Shown here one piece after another: positions 1-11,380 of a DNA stretch of 64,000 nt (position 1 is the stretch's first letter; each line of letters begins with the position of its first letter). A model generated the notes under the pieces. It worked only from the letters and a program-made list of their open reading frames with translations. It searched no databases and had not been told where the DNA came from. The stretch is from Escherichia coli (GTDB lineage: Bacteria; Pseudomonadota; Gammaproteobacteria; Enterobacterales; Enterobacteriaceae): the NCBI RefSeq assembly GCF_050320075.1, contig NZ_CP190018.1. One strand, 5' to 3'. Made by a program: the position numbers and the translations under genes.

Positions 1-409
1 GCACACAGCCCATCGGGATGGCGCTTTTAATTTCTTTACCGCCCGTTTGCAGAATGTGCCACGGATCGATATTTTCCGGATAGTTAGCCGCTGCGGCGAT
101 AAATTTGGTGCCGTCCAGTACAGAACCGCCGCCAACCGCCAGCAGGAAAGTCACTTTTTGTTCGCGAACCAGTTTCACGGCGTTCATCAGCGTTTCATAA
201 GCCGGGTTTGGCTCAATACCGCCAAATTCCAGCACGTCCATGCCTTTCAGGGCATCCAGAACTTGATCGAGAACGCCGGTTTTTTTCACGCTGCCGCCGC
301 CGTAGGTAATCAATACGCGAGCATCGTGAGGAATTTGTTCGCGTAAACCAGCGATTGCGCCTTTACCAAACAGAATGCGGGTTGGGGTGTGCAGATTAAA
401 GTTGTTCAT
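1..409 (-). CDS. yqhD: NADPH-dependent aldehyde reductase YqhD (iron-containing alcohol dehydrogenase family), N-terminal part only; the gene runs off the left edge of the window
   Basis: Reverse-strand translation from the ATG (complement of 407-409) reads [50 protein letters not shown]..., matching recalled YqhD. Not in the ORF track because the stop lies outside the window. Confidence 0.9.
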   Translation of the reverse strand, partial: MNNFNLHTPTRILFGKGAIAGLREQIPHDARVLITYGGGSVKKTGVLDQVLDALKGMDVLEFGGIEPNPAYETLMNAVKLVREQKVTFLLAVGGGSVLDGTKFIAAAANYPENIDPWHILQTGGKEIKSAIPMGCV

Positions 410-545
410 TACTTGCTCCCTTTGCTGGGCCAATATGAGGGCAGAGAACGATCTGCCTGATGTTTTTCATTGTGATCGCCAGCGCCCTGGCTCTCAATGC
501 TCATTTCTGCCAATGTCTTGCCTATTTCTCCAGAGTGCTGGAGAA
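410..545. promoter_or_regulatory. Divergent yqhD / yqhC promoter region
   Basis: Intergenic segment between divergently oriented yqhD and yqhC. No individual sites were mapped. Confidence 0.4.
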
Positions 546-1502
546 ATGCTACAAAATTGCGCACAATCAAATTGCCGCATTATTCCTAAGAAATTACGCG
601 ATATGAAACGTGAAGAGATTTGCCGCTTGCTGGCGGATAAAGTTAATACACTGAAAAATAAAGAAAATGGTTTGTCAGAGCTGTTGCCCGATGTGCGTTT
701 GTTGTATGGCGAGACGCCTTTCGCACGTACACCGGTAATGTACGAGCCTGGCATCATAATTCTCTTTTCCGGGCATAAAATCGGTTATATCAATGAACGC
801 GTGTTTCGTTATGATGCCAATGAATACCTGCTGCTGACGGTGCCGTTGCCGTTTGAGTGCGAAACCTATGCCACGTCAGAGGTGCCGCTGGCAGGGTTGC
901 GTCTCAATGTCGATATTTTGCAGTTACAGGAACTGTTGATGGACATTGGCGAAGATGAGCATTTCCAGCCGTCGATGGCAGCCAGCGGGATTAACTCCGC
1001 CACGTTATCAGAAGAGATTTTATGCGCGGCGGAGCGGTTACTCGACGTGATGGAGCGACCACTGGATGCGCGTATTCTCGGCAAACAGATCATCCGCGAA
1101 ATTTTGTACTACGTGCTGACCGGACCTTGCGGCGGCGCGTTACTGGCGCTGGTCAGTCGCCAGACTCACTTCAGCCTGATTAGCCGCGTGCTGAAACGGA
1201 TTGAGAATAAATACACCGAAAACCTGAGCGTCGAGCAACTGGCGGCAGAAGCCAACATGAGCGTATCGGCGTTCCACCATAATTTTAAGTCTGTCACCAG
1301 CACCTCGCCGTTGCAGTATTTGAAGAATTACCGTCTGCATAAGGCGCGGATGATGATCATCCACGACGGCATGAAAGCCAGTGCGGCAGCGATGCGCGTC
1401 GGTTACGAAAGCGCATCGCAATTTAGCCGTGAGTTTAAACGTTACTTTGGTGTGACGCCGGGGGAAGATGCGGCAAGAATGCGGGCGATGCAGGGGAATT
1501 AA
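546..1502 (+). CDS. yqhC: AraC-family transcriptional activator YqhC
   Basis: Track ORF 375..1502 trimmed to the ATG at 546 ([13 protein letters not shown]...). The C-terminus has an AraC-type helix-turn-helix. Divergent from yqhD as in E. coli. Confidence 0.88.
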   Translation: MLQNCAQSNCRIIPKKLRDMKREEICRLLADKVNTLKNKENGLSELLPDVRLLYGETPFARTPVMYEPGIIILFSGHKIGYINERVFRYDANEYLLLTVPLPFECETYATSEVPLAGLRLNVDILQLQELLMDIGEDEHFQPSMAASGINSATLSEEILCAAERLLDVMERPLDARILGKQIIREILYYVLTGPCGGALLALVSRQTHFSLISRVLKRIENKYTENLSVEQLAAEANMSVSAFHHNFKSVTSTSPLQYLKNYRLHKARMMIIHDGMKASAAAMRVGYESASQFSREFKRYFGVTPGEDAARMRAMQGN

Positions 1503-1506
1503 ATAC

Positions 1507-1530
1507 GTTCCCGGTACAGCAACCGGGAAC
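1507..1530. terminator. Stem-loop between convergent yqhC and yghB (gttcccgg ... ccgggaac)
   Basis: 8-bp inverted repeat with an 8-nt loop, directly seen. No clean U-tract. Confidence 0.35.
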
Positions 1531-1541
1531 GGGAAAAATCG

Positions 1542-2201
1542 TCAGGCGTTACAGTATTTTTTTTTAATCACCACAAACAGCGTGCCTAACAAGCCAGCGG
1601 TTAACAAGGCAATTGGCAGGATCATCAGGATCGTCATTACCTGATCTTCATGGCGTTTAACGAACGGAATCATACTTAAGGCATAGCCGAAACTGGTTAC
1701 CACGCTGACCCACAGCAATCCACTTAACCAGTTGAAAAACTGGAAGCGGCGGTTTGGCAGACCGGAAATTCCCGCCATGGTTGGCAGCAACGTACGGACA
1801 AATGCAAGAAAACGTCCAGCCAGCAGCGCCAGCAGACCGTGGCGGTCAAACATGCAGGTGGCGCGCTGGTGATATTTAGCGGGAAGCTGTGCCAGCCAGC
1901 CTTTCACCGTTTTGGTATTCCCTAACCAGCGCCCCTGAATATAACTTAACCAGCAGCCCAGACTTGCTGCGGCGGTCAGAATCGCAATCGTAGGCAGAAA
2001 ATCCATAACCCCCTGGGCAATCAATGCGCCAGCCAATATCAACAAGCTGTCGCCTGGCAAAAATGAGGCGGGCAGCAGGCCGTTTTCTAAAAACAGCGTG
2101 GCAAACATGACAAAGTAAACAACGCTAACAATATGAGGATCCGCCAGCGCGGCAAAGTCGTGTTGCCAGAGCGCAGCGATGATATCTTGAATAACAGCCA
2201 T
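1542..2201 (-). CDS. yghB: DedA-family inner membrane protein YghB
   Basis: 219-aa hydrophobic ORF; translation matches recalled YghB. Confidence 0.88.
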   Translation of the reverse strand: MAVIQDIIAALWQHDFAALADPHIVSVVYFVMFATLFLENGLLPASFLPGDSLLILAGALIAQGVMDFLPTIAILTAAASLGCWLSYIQGRWLGNTKTVKGWLAQLPAKYHQRATCMFDRHGLLALLAGRFLAFVRTLLPTMAGISGLPNRRFQFFNWLSGLLWVSVVTSFGYALSMIPFVKRHEDQVMTILMILPIALLTAGLLGTLFVVIKKKYCNA

Positions 2202-2340
2202 GGACTTTCCTGTGGAACAGCGTTTAAGCCTTTATCTGCCTATTGTACTCCTGAATCGTCCGGGACGCCTTGATCCCGGACGCAACAATTTAAGACTTTT
2301 CACAATAAAATGTCTGCAAAATTGTCCAAAAGTGGCAATG

Positions 2341-3528
2341 TTATACAATTCGCGCAAAACCGGCGTCCAGATCGGCAATCAGATCGTCGACATCTTCCAG
2401 ACCAATATGCAGGCGAATCAAGGTCCCGCTAAAATCGATCTCGCCTTGTGGGCGAATGGCGGCGATATGTTCTGGTTGATTTGCCAGGATCAACGATTCA
2501 TACCCACCCCACGAGTAGGCCATGCTGAATAAACTGAATTTATCCAGATAGTTCGCCAGCTCTTCATCATTGAGTTTTTTCTTAAGCACAAAGGAAAATA
2601 GCCCGCTGCTACCTGTAAAGTCTCGTTTCCAGAATTCGTGGCCTTTACTGCCAGGCAGAGCAGGGTGGTTAACTCGCGCTACTTGCGGATGTCCTGCCAG
2701 CCACTCAGCCACTTTCAGACTGCTTTCATGATGTTGACGCAGGCGAACACCCAAAGTGCGCAGGCCACGGCTGGTTATATAGGCGGTATCGGCATCGACC
2801 ATCTGGCCCATCAGATAGGCATTCTCCCGCAGCTGCTCCCAGCAACGGGCATTGCATACGGCAGTACCAATCATCGCATCTGAATGCCCAACCAGATATT
2901 TGGTAGCGGCCTGAATGGAAACATCGATGCCAAAATCCAGCGCCTTAAACAGCACACCGGCCGCCCAGGTGTTATCGATCATAATGATGGCATCCGGCAC
3001 CACACTGCGCACGGCGGCAACAATCGCCGGAACGTCGTGGACTTCCATGGTGATGGAGCCTGGGGATTCCAGAAACACGATTTTAGTGTTTGGCTGCACA
3101 TGTTTAACGATATCTGCGCCAATCAGCGGATCAAACCACGATGTCGTTACGCCCAGTTTGCTGAGGATTTTGCTACAGAAATCCTGACTCGGTTCATAGG
3201 CGGTGTTGGTCATCAACACATGATCGCCCTGTTCGACAAAAGCAAGAATAGAATTAGCAACCGCCGCCGCCCCGCAGGGGAACAGCACGCAGCCTGCGCC
3301 ACCTTCCAGTTCACACATCGCTTGTTGTAAGGAAAAATGGGTTAACGTTCCGCGCCGTCCATAGAACAACTCGCCATTGGCGCGATTGCGCGTCGCGTGC
3401 TTTTTGGCTGCCACACTGTCAAAGACCAGCGAAGAAGCGCGCTGAATCACGCTATTTACCGCGCCGAGAGTGTATTTTTTGCTGCGTCCTGCATTCACCA
3501 GTTGAGTATCAAGCTTTTTGTCCGCCAT
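2341..3528 (-). CDS. metC: Cystathionine beta-lyase MetC (PLP-dependent)
   Basis: Track ORF 2341..3663 trimmed to the ATG at the complement of 3526-3528 ([25 protein letters not shown]...), 395 aa. Confidence 0.92.
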   Translation of the reverse strand: MADKKLDTQLVNAGRSKKYTLGAVNSVIQRASSLVFDSVAAKKHATRNRANGELFYGRRGTLTHFSLQQAMCELEGGAGCVLFPCGAAAVANSILAFVEQGDHVLMTNTAYEPSQDFCSKILSKLGVTTSWFDPLIGADIVKHVQPNTKIVFLESPGSITMEVHDVPAIVAAVRSVVPDAIIMIDNTWAAGVLFKALDFGIDVSIQAATKYLVGHSDAMIGTAVCNARCWEQLRENAYLMGQMVDADTAYITSRGLRTLGVRLRQHHESSLKVAEWLAGHPQVARVNHPALPGSKGHEFWKRDFTGSSGLFSFVLKKKLNDEELANYLDKFSLFSMAYSWGGYESLILANQPEHIAAIRPQGEIDFSGTLIRLHIGLEDVDDLIADLDAGFARIV

Positions 3529-3546
3529 GTCGGGATTCCTGTTTTT

Positions 3547-3570
3547 ATACGTCTGGATGTCTAAACTAGC
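3547..3570. promoter_or_regulatory. Tandem MetJ-box-like octamers (atacgtct ggatgtct aaactagc) upstream of metC
   Basis: Three adjacent 8-mers resembling the AGACGTCT met-box consensus, 19-42 bp upstream of the metC start on its coding strand. Confidence 0.45.
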
Positions 3571-3693
3571 ATGAATATTCGCGGGCGCATCCTGAAGAAT
3601 TGGCATAAAGCAGAAAATTTTCGCAAATGGCGTGCTGGTGACTTTTATACTGCGTAAACGCAAGGAAAAGAAAGCAAAGGTACGGCAGTATGC

Positions 3694-3716
3694 AAATAGT
3701 AATGAGAACGACTATC
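3694..3716. promoter_or_regulatory. Possible Fur box upstream of exbB
   Basis: aaatagtaatgagaacgactatc partially matches the GATAATGATAATCATTATC consensus. exbBD is a known Fur-regulated operon. The match is imperfect. Confidence 0.35.
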
Positions 3717-3779
3717 AATTCGACGTCGTTTTGATATTATTATGCGCAGATTTTGTGACTTGCGTCCTGGAGATACACA

Positions 3780-4514
3780 GTGGGTAATAATTTAATGCAG
3801 ACGGACCTTTCCGTCTGGGGTATGTATCAGCACGCCGATATTGTCGTTAAGTGCGTGATGATTGGGCTTATTTTGGCCTCCGTAGTCACCTGGGCAATCT
3901 TCTTCAGTAAGAGCGTAGAGTTCTTCAATCAGAAGCGTCGCCTTAAGCGCGAGCAGCAACTGCTGGCTGAAGCGCGTTCCTTAAACCAGGCCAACGATAT
4001 TGCCGCTGATTTTGGTAGCAAAAGCTTAAGCCTGCATTTGCTCAATGAAGCGCAGAATGAGCTGGAACTGTCAGAAGGCAGCGACGATAACGAAGGTATT
4101 AAAGAACGTACCAGCTTCCGTCTGGAGCGTCGGGTCGCCGCAGTAGGTCGTCAAATGGGCCGCGGTAACGGCTATCTGGCAACCATCGGCGCGATTTCGC
4201 CGTTCGTTGGTCTGTTTGGTACGGTCTGGGGCATCATGAACAGCTTTATTGGTATCGCGCAAACGCAGACCACTAACCTGGCAGTCGTTGCGCCGGGTAT
4301 TGCAGAAGCTCTGTTAGCAACGGCAATCGGCCTCGTGGCAGCGATTCCGGCGGTCGTTATCTATAACGTATTTGCACGTCAGATTGGCGGCTTTAAAGCG
4401 ATGCTGGGTGATGTCGCAGCGCAGGTATTGTTGCTGCAAAGCCGTGACCTGGATCTGGAAGCCAGCGCCGCTGCGCATCCGGTTCGTGTCGCACAAAAAT
4501 TACGCGCAGGATAA
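3780..4514 (+). CDS. exbB: TonB-system energizer ExbB
   Basis: 244-aa ORF with a GTG start (MGNNLMQTDLSVWGMYQHADIVVK...), matching recalled ExbB. Confidence 0.95.
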   Translation: MGNNLMQTDLSVWGMYQHADIVVKCVMIGLILASVVTWAIFFSKSVEFFNQKRRLKREQQLLAEARSLNQANDIAADFGSKSLSLHLLNEAQNELELSEGSDDNEGIKERTSFRLERRVAAVGRQMGRGNGYLATIGAISPFVGLFGTVWGIMNSFIGIAQTQTTNLAVVAPGIAEALLATAIGLVAAIPAVVIYNVFARQIGGFKAMLGDVAAQVLLLQSRDLDLEASAAAHPVRVAQKLRAG

Positions 4515-4520
4515 TGTCCG

Positions 4521-4946
4521 ATGGCAATGCATCTTAACGAAAACCTCGACGATAACGGCGAAATGCATGATATCAACGTGACGCCGTTTATCGACGTGAT
4601 GTTGGTTCTGCTGATTATCTTTATGGTGGCGGCACCGTTAGCGACGGTAGATGTGAAGGTGAACTTGCCTGCTTCTACCAGCACGCCGCAGCCGCGCCCG
4701 GAAAAACCGGTTTATCTGTCGGTGAAGGCAGACAACTCGATGTTTATCGGTAACGATCCGGTCACCGATGAAACAATGATTACGGCGTTGAATGCGTTAA
4801 CCGAAGGCAAGAAAGACACCACCATCTTCTTCCGAGCGGACAAAACCGTCGATTACGAGACGTTGATGAAGGTAATGGATACGCTGCATCAGGCGGGTTA
4901 TCTGAAGATAGGTCTGGTCGGCGAAGAAACCGCCAAAGCGAAATAA
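4521..4946 (+). CDS. exbD: TonB-system energizer ExbD
   Basis: 141-aa ORF 7 nt after exbB; a single N-terminal TM segment; matches recalled ExbD. Confidence 0.95.
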   Translation: MAMHLNENLDDNGEMHDINVTPFIDVMLVLLIIFMVAAPLATVDVKVNLPASTSTPQPRPEKPVYLSVKADNSMFIGNDPVTDETMITALNALTEGKKDTTIFFRADKTVDYETLMKVMDTLHQAGYLKIGLVGEETAKAK

Positions 4947-4951
4947 AAATG

Positions 4952-4987
4952 ATGCCCGGTTGCTTTTCACAACCGGGCATTTTTTTA
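4952..4987. terminator. Bidirectional rho-independent terminator shared by exbD (+) and yghA (-)
   Basis: Perfect 11-bp stem (atgcccggttg / caaccgggcat) with a 7-nt loop, followed by TTTTTT on the plus strand and an A/T-rich run on the minus strand. Confidence 0.8.
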
Positions 4988-5869
4988 ACCTAAATGCTCG
5001 CCGCCGCACACGCCGTGCACTTCTGCGGTGACGTAGCTCGACTCCTGACTTGCCAGATAAACATATACAGGGGCCAGTTCCGCCGGTTGCCCCGCACGTT
5101 TCATCGGCGTTTGCTGACCAAACTGCGGGATCTTATCCTGCGTTTGCCCGCCGGAAATTTGCAGTGCTGTCCAGATCGGGCCTGGCGCAACAATATTCAC
5201 CCGAATACCTTTCTCTGCGACCTGTGTTGCCAGGCCACGGCTGTAGTTCAGAATCGCCGCCTTCGTAGCCGCATAGTCCAGTAAATGCGGGCTTGGCTGG
5301 TATGCCTGGATTGACGAAGTGGTGATGATACTGGCACCTTTCGGTAGCAGGGGGATCGCTTCCTGGGTTAGCCAGAACAGAGCGAAAACGTTAATGGCAA
5401 AGGTCTTTTGAAACTGTTCGCTGGTGAGGTCTGCAATATCAGGAATGGCAACCTGTTTCCCGGCGACCAGCGCCATAATATCCAGCCCGCCTAACGCCTT
5501 ATGCGCTTCGTGAACCAGCGAACGGGCGAATTTCTCATCGCTTAAATCGCCTGGCAGCAGGACGGCTTTGCGTCCGCATTCTTCAATGATCTTTTTCACA
5601 TCCTGAGCGTCTTGTTCTTCTACGGGAAGATAACTGATCGCCACGTCAGCCCCTTCACGCGCGTAAGCAATGGCGGCAGCGCGACCGATTCCGGAATCGC
5701 CCCCTGTCACCAGTGCTTTACGATCTTTCAGGCGACCGCTACCAACATAGGTTTTCTCGCCGCAATCCGGCACCGGTGTCATTTTCGCCTGGATGCCTGG
5801 CGTCGGTTGTTTCTGTTTGGGATATTCACCAGTGTAATACTGCGTGGTCGGGTCTTTTAAATGAGACAT
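4985..5869 (-). CDS. yghA: Short-chain dehydrogenase/reductase-family oxidoreductase YghA
   Basis: 294-aa ORF with a GxxxGIG Rossmann motif ([12 protein letters not shown]); matches recalled YghA. Confidence 0.88.
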   Translation of the reverse strand: MSHLKDPTTQYYTGEYPKQKQPTPGIQAKMTPVPDCGEKTYVGSGRLKDRKALVTGGDSGIGRAAAIAYAREGADVAISYLPVEEQDAQDVKKIIEECGRKAVLLPGDLSDEKFARSLVHEAHKALGGLDIMALVAGKQVAIPDIADLTSEQFQKTFAINVFALFWLTQEAIPLLPKGASIITTSSIQAYQPSPHLLDYAATKAAILNYSRGLATQVAEKGIRVNIVAPGPIWTALQISGGQTQDKIPQFGQQTPMKRAGQPAELAPVYVYLASQESSYVTAEVHGVCGGEHLG

Positions 5870-5990
5870 CGTTTTTCTCCCTTCAGGTTCAACGTCCTTT
5901 AAGGGTAGACGCTCTCGATGCGTTGATAAGGGAACCAGGAAGATCCCTAAACCTCGGATTTATGCGACAAAGGTTTAACGGATATGTTGA

Positions 5991-6554
<564 letters not shown>

Positions 6555-6593
6555 TCTGATTCGGGCGCGGTTCTCGCGCCCGTTATTAACAGG

Positions 6594-7634
6594 TCATTTA
6601 TCGGAAGACGCCTGCCACAGATTCAGCTCGCCATCGGCGATATGCTGATCAATCTGCGCCAGCTCCTCGGTGCTAAATGTCAGATTATTCAGCGCCTGCA
6701 CGTTCTCCTCAAGTTGCTCCGCGCGGCTGGCACCAATCAATACCGACGTCACGCGATCATCTTTCAGCAACCAGCTTAACGCCATTTGCGCCATTGATTG
6801 TCCACGCTGCTGTGCCATTTCATTCAATAACCGCAGGCTGTTGAGGTTGGCTTCGGTGAGCATTTTCGGCGTCAGACCACGAACTTTATTCCCTTCACGA
6901 TGCATCCGTGAATCTTCAGGAATGCCGTTGAGATATTTTCCGGTCAGCAATCCCTGAGCCAGAGGAGTAAAGGCAATGCAGCCCACGCCGTTATGTTGCA
7001 GGGTATCCAGCAGGCCGCTTTTATCCACCCAGCGGTTCAGTAAATTGTAAGAAGGTTGATGAATTAACAGCGGAATTTTCCACTCGCGCAGCAACTCGAC
7101 CATTTTTTGCGTCCGCTCTGGCGAGTAAGAGGAGATCCCGACATAAAGCGCCTTACCGCTTTGTACCGCATGAGCCAGCGCAGAGGCGGTTTCTTCCATC
7201 GGCGTATTTTCATCGACGCGATGAGAGTAAAAGATATCGACATACTCAAGCCCCATCCGCTTCAGGCTTTGGTCGAGGCTGGCGAGCAGGTATTTACGTG
7301 AGCCGCCAGAGCCGTACGGGCCGGGCCACATATCGTATCCGGCTTTGGTAGAGATAATCAGTTCATCGCGATAAACAGCAAAATCCTCCCGAAGCAGGCG
7401 ACCAAAGTTCTCTTCTGCGCTTCCTGGAGGCGGCCCGTAATTGTTGGCTAAATCAAAGTGCGTAATGCCTAAATCAAACGCTTTACGCAGGATCGCACGC
7501 TGTGATTCCAGCGCGTTAACGTGACCGAAATTGTGCCATAAACCGAGCGATAACGCGGGCAGGCGTAAACCGCTTTTTCCGCAATAACGGTACTGCATCT
7601 GCCCGTAACGCTCGGGATTCGCTAACCAGACCAT
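6594..7634 (-). CDS. gpr: L-glyceraldehyde-3-phosphate reductase (aldo-keto reductase)
   Basis: 346-aa ORF (MVWLANPERYGQMQYRYCGKSGLRLPALSLGLWHNFG...), matching recalled Gpr/YghZ. Confidence 0.9.
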   Translation of the reverse strand: MVWLANPERYGQMQYRYCGKSGLRLPALSLGLWHNFGHVNALESQRAILRKAFDLGITHFDLANNYGPPPGSAEENFGRLLREDFAVYRDELIISTKAGYDMWPGPYGSGGSRKYLLASLDQSLKRMGLEYVDIFYSHRVDENTPMEETASALAHAVQSGKALYVGISSYSPERTQKMVELLREWKIPLLIHQPSYNLLNRWVDKSGLLDTLQHNGVGCIAFTPLAQGLLTGKYLNGIPEDSRMHREGNKVRGLTPKMLTEANLNSLRLLNEMAQQRGQSMAQMALSWLLKDDRVTSVLIGASRAEQLEENVQALNNLTFSTEELAQIDQHIADGELNLWQASSDK

Positions 7635-7787
7635 GACCTCTCCTTTCCACCATTCAATTTCGAAACAATGTTTCTAGTTTAGCGATTCATCAGCGCGTAT
7701 CCCGTAGTCTGGCTCACAGAGTGACGAAAAACTGGGCAAAAACACGTGCTTATGCTTTGCTTAAAAAAACACCAGCTGAGGAGTGCA

Positions 7788-8678
7788 ATGATGCCGCGTT
7801 TAACCGCCAAAGATTTCCCACAAGAGTTGCTGGATTACTACGACTATTACGCTCACGGGAAAATCTCGAAACGTGAGTTCCTCAACCTTGCGGCGAAGTA
7901 TGCGGTAGGCGGGATGACGGCATTAGCGTTGTTTGATTTGCTCAAGCCAAATTATGCGCTAGCGACTCAGGTAGAGTTTACCGACCCGGAGATTGTTGCT
8001 GAGTACATCACGTATCCTTCACCAAATGGTCACGGCGAGGTACGGGGTTATCTGGTGAAGCCCGCAAAGATGAGCGGCAAAACGCCAGCCGTGGTGGTGG
8101 TGCATGAGAATCGTGGACTGAATCCGTATATCGAAGATGTGGCACGGCGAGTGGCGAAGGCGGGGTATATCGCCCTGGCACCTGACGGCTTAAGTTCCGT
8201 TGGAGGTTATCCGGGTAATGATGATAAAGGTCGTGAGCTGCAACAGCAGGTTGATCCAACCAAACTGATGAATGATTTCTTTGCCGCAATTGAGTTTATG
8301 CAACGCTATCCGCAAGCGACAGGCAAAGTGGGTATTACCGGATTTTGCTATGGCGGTGGCGTATCGAACGCGGCGGCTGTCGCGTATCCGGAACTGGCCT
8401 GCGCGGTGCCGTTTTATGGTCGACAGGCACCCACCGCCGATGTGGCGAAGATTGAAGCGCCTTTACTACTCCACTACGCGGAACTGGACACCCGAATCAA
8501 CGAGGGCTGGCCTGCTTACGAGGCGGCGTTGAAAGCCAATAATAAGGTCTATGAGGCGTATATCTATCCGGGGGTTAATCACGGATTCCATAATGATTCC
8601 ACGCCCCGTTATGACAAATCTGCCGCCGATCTTGCCTGGCAAAGGACGCTGAAATGGTTCGATAAATATCTCTCCTGA
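7788..8678 (+). CDS. yghX: Dienelactone-hydrolase-family protein YghX, apparently intact
   Basis: Uninterrupted ORF. GAGGAG ribosome-binding site at 7778-7783, then tandem ATGs at 7788 and 7791; the start is uncertain by one codon. Confidence 0.8.
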   Translation: MMPRLTAKDFPQELLDYYDYYAHGKISKREFLNLAAKYAVGGMTALALFDLLKPNYALATQVEFTDPEIVAEYITYPSPNGHGEVRGYLVKPAKMSGKTPAVVVVHENRGLNPYIEDVARRVAKAGYIALAPDGLSSVGGYPGNDDKGRELQQQVDPTKLMNDFFAAIEFMQRYPQATGKVGITGFCYGGGVSNAAAVAYPELACAVPFYGRQAPTADVAKIEAPLLLHYAELDTRINEGWPAYEAALKANNKVYEAYIYPGVNHGFHNDSTPRYDKSAADLAWQRTLKWFDKYLS

Positions 8679-8796
8679 TAGGTTTATCTCTTACGGGATT
8701 ACGTCTTAAACAAGCATGAAAAAATAGCGTGCGCAAAAGTCGTTCTTTGCCTAAAATATCGCTATATATGGCAATATATAGCGAATGAGGTGAACG

Positions 8797-9084
8797 ATGA
8801 ATAACCATTTTGGTAAAGGCTTAATGGCGGGATTAAAAGCAACGCATGCCGACAGTGCGGTTAATGTGACAAAATACTGTGCCGATTATAAACGCGGTTT
8901 TGTATTAGGCTACTCACACCGGATGTACGAAAAGACCGGAGATCGCCAGCTTAGCGCCTGGGAAGCGGGTATTCTGACGCGCCGCTATGGACTGGATAAA
9001 GAGATGGTAATGGATTTCTTTCGTGAGAATAATTCCTGTTCTACGTTGCGCTTTTTTATGGCCGGTTATCGCCTCGAAAATTGA
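8797..9084 (+). CDS. yghW: Small protein YghW (DUF2623)
   Basis: 95-aa ORF in the conserved position upstream of hybO. Confidence 0.75.
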   Translation: MNNHFGKGLMAGLKATHADSAVNVTKYCADYKRGFVLGYSHRMYEKTGDRQLSAWEAGILTRRYGLDKEMVMDFFRENNSCSTLRFFMAGYRLEN

Positions 9085-9272
9085 TCAAACATACGTATTA
9101 TCTTGCTTTAATTAATTACACTAATGCTTCTTCCCTTCGTTTTAGCGCCCCGCCGCAGTATCATGATATCGATAACCATAATAAATGTGTGGTAAATGGC
9201 GCATCGATCGCATTATTGATTTTGCGATTGAGGCAAAATATATGCCAGGTCTTCGCAACGGAATAACTATAA

Positions 9273-10391
9273 ATGACTGGAGATAACACCCTCATCCATT
9301 CTCACGGCATTAACCGTCGTGATTTCATGAAGCTTTGTGCAGCATTAGCCGCCACCATGGGGTTAAGTAGCAAAGCCGCTGCAGAGATGGCCGAATCGGT
9401 TACTAACCCGCAGCGTCCGCCAGTTATCTGGATTGGCGCGCAGGAGTGTACCGGTTGTACGGAATCTCTGCTTCGTGCAACGCATCCAACGGTAGAAAAC
9501 CTCGTGCTGGAGACTATCTCTCTGGAGTATCACGAAGTGCTTTCCGCCGCCTTCGGTCATCAGGTCGAAGAGAACAAACATAACGCTCTCGAGAAGTACA
9601 AAGGGCAGTATGTGTTAGTGGTGGATGGTTCCATCCCATTAAAAGATAATGGTATTTATTGCATGGTTGCCGGTGAGCCGATTGTGGATCACATCCGCAA
9701 AGCGGCGGAAGGCGCAGCAGCCATTATCGCTATCGGTTCCTGCTCTGCGTGGGGCGGTGTTGCCGCGGCTGGGGTTAACCCTACCGGCGCGGTCAGCCTG
9801 CAAGAAGTTCTGCCAGGCAAAACCGTTATTAACATTCCAGGCTGCCCGCCAAACCCGCACAACTTCCTCGCGACCGTTGCGCACATCATCACTTACGGCA
9901 AACCGCCGAAGCTGGATGATAAAAACCGTCCGACCTTCGCCTATGGTCGTCTGATTCACGAACACTGTGAACGTCGTCCGCACTTCGATGCTGGTCGTTT
10001 TGCCAAAGAGTTCGGCGATGAAGGCCACCGCGAAGGTTGGTGCCTGTACCACCTCGGCTGTAAAGGGCCAGAAACTTACGGCAACTGCTCAACGCTGCAA
10101 TTCTGCGACGTTGGCGGTGTGTGGCCGGTGGCAATTGGTCACCCATGCTATGGCTGTAACGAAGAAGGTATCGGCTTCCATAAAGGCATCCATCAGCTTG
10201 CCAACGTCGAAAACCAGACGCCGCGTTCACAAAAACCGGACGTCAACGCTAAAGAAGGCGGCAACGTCTCTGCGGGCGCTATTGGTTTGCTCGGCGGCGT
10301 GGTTGGGCTGGTTGCCGGTGTCAGCGTGATGGCGGTGCGTGAACTGGGGCGTCAGCAAAAGAAAGATAACGCTGACTCACGGGGAGAATAA
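9273..10391 (+). CDS. hybO: Hydrogenase-2 small subunit HybO (Tat-exported, [NiFe] hydrogenase)
   Basis: 372 aa with a twin-arginine signal (NRRDFMK) and Cys-rich FeS ligand motifs. Confidence 0.95.
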   Translation: MTGDNTLIHSHGINRRDFMKLCAALAATMGLSSKAAAEMAESVTNPQRPPVIWIGAQECTGCTESLLRATHPTVENLVLETISLEYHEVLSAAFGHQVEENKHNALEKYKGQYVLVVDGSIPLKDNGIYCMVAGEPIVDHIRKAAEGAAAIIAIGSCSAWGGVAAAGVNPTGAVSLQEVLPGKTVINIPGCPPNPHNFLATVAHIITYGKPPKLDDKNRPTFAYGRLIHEHCERRPHFDAGRFAKEFGDEGHREGWCLYHLGCKGPETYGNCSTLQFCDVGGVWPVAIGHPCYGCNEEGIGFHKGIHQLANVENQTPRSQKPDVNAKEGGNVSAGAIGLLGGVVGLVAGVSVMAVRELGRQQKKDNADSRGE

Positions 10392-10393
10392 CC

Positions 10394-11380
10394 GTGAACA
10401 GACGTAATTTTATTAAAGCAGCCTCCTGCGGGGCATTGCTGACGGGCGCGTTGCCGTCTGTCAGTCATGCGGCTGCTGAAAACCGCCCGCCAATTCCGGG
10501 ATCGCTGGGGATGTTGTATGACTCGACCTTGTGCGTAGGCTGCCAGGCTTGCGTCACCAAGTGTCAGGATATCAACTTCCCTGAACGTAACCCGCAAGGG
10601 GAACAGACCTGGTCGAACAACGACAAACTGTCGCCGTATACCAATAACATCATTCAGGTGTGGACCAGTGGCACGGGTGTCAACAAAGACCAGGAAGAGA
10701 ACGGCTACGCGTACATTAAGAAACAGTGTATGCACTGCGTCGATCCGAACTGTGTCTCCGTGTGTCCGGTCTCTGCGCTGAAAAAAGATCCGAAAACCGG
10801 CATTGTCCATTACGACAAAGATGTGTGCACTGGCTGCCGTTACTGCATGGTCGCCTGCCCATACAACGTGCCGAAGTACGACTACAACAACCCATTTGGT
10901 GCGCTGCATAAGTGTGAACTGTGCAACCAGAAAGGTGTGGAACGTCTTGATAAAGGCGGTCTGCCTGGCTGCGTAGAAGTGTGCCCGGCGGGCGCGGTGA
11001 TTTTTGGTACGCGTGAAGAGCTGATGGCGGAGGCGAAAAAACGCCTGGCGCTGAAGCCTGGCAGCGAATACCACTATCCGCGTCAGACGCTGAAATCTGG
11101 CGACACTTACCTGCACACGGTGCCGAAATATTATCCGCATCTGTACGGCGAGAAAGAGGGCGGCGGTACTCAGGTTCTGGTACTGACGGGTGTGCCTTAT
11201 GAAAATCTCGACCTGCCGAAGCTGGACGATCTTTCTACCGGTGCGCGTTCCGAAAATATTCAACACACCCTGTATAAAGGCATGATGCTACCACTGGCCG
11301 TGCTGGCGGGCTTAACCGTGCTGGTTCGTCGCAACACCAAAAACGACCATCACGACGGAGGAGACGATCATGAGTCATGA
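10394..11380 (+). CDS. hybA: Hydrogenase-2 ferredoxin-type subunit HybA
   Basis: 328 aa with a Tat signal (MNRRNFIKA) and several CxxCxxCxxxCP 4Fe-4S motifs. Confidence 0.95.

Noticed and set aside
47-346. Plus-strand ORF of 99 aa at the left edge
   Set aside because: Lies entirely antisense to the clearly recognisable yqhD coding sequence; taken as a spurious shadow ORF.
2200-2532. Plus-strand ORF of 110 aa spanning the yghB-metC spacer
   Set aside because: Overlaps the 3' end of metC and the yghB start on the opposite strand; no ribosome-binding site or family resemblance.
375-3663. N-terminal extensions in the ORF track (yqhC as 375 aa, metC as 440 aa, and similar for yqhA, glcF, glcG, hybD/E/F, yghU, gspG)
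   Set aside because: The track starts at the first in-frame start codon after a stop. Recalled protein N-termini and ribosome-binding-site positions support the downstream starts used in the feature list.
9081-9266. 61-aa ORF in the hybO upstream region
   Set aside because: AT-rich promoter region; short, with no recognisable features; more likely regulatory DNA than a gene.
10352-11266. Minus-strand ORF of 304 aa
   Set aside because: Antisense to hybA, whose FeS motifs and Tat signal make the plus-strand reading unambiguous.
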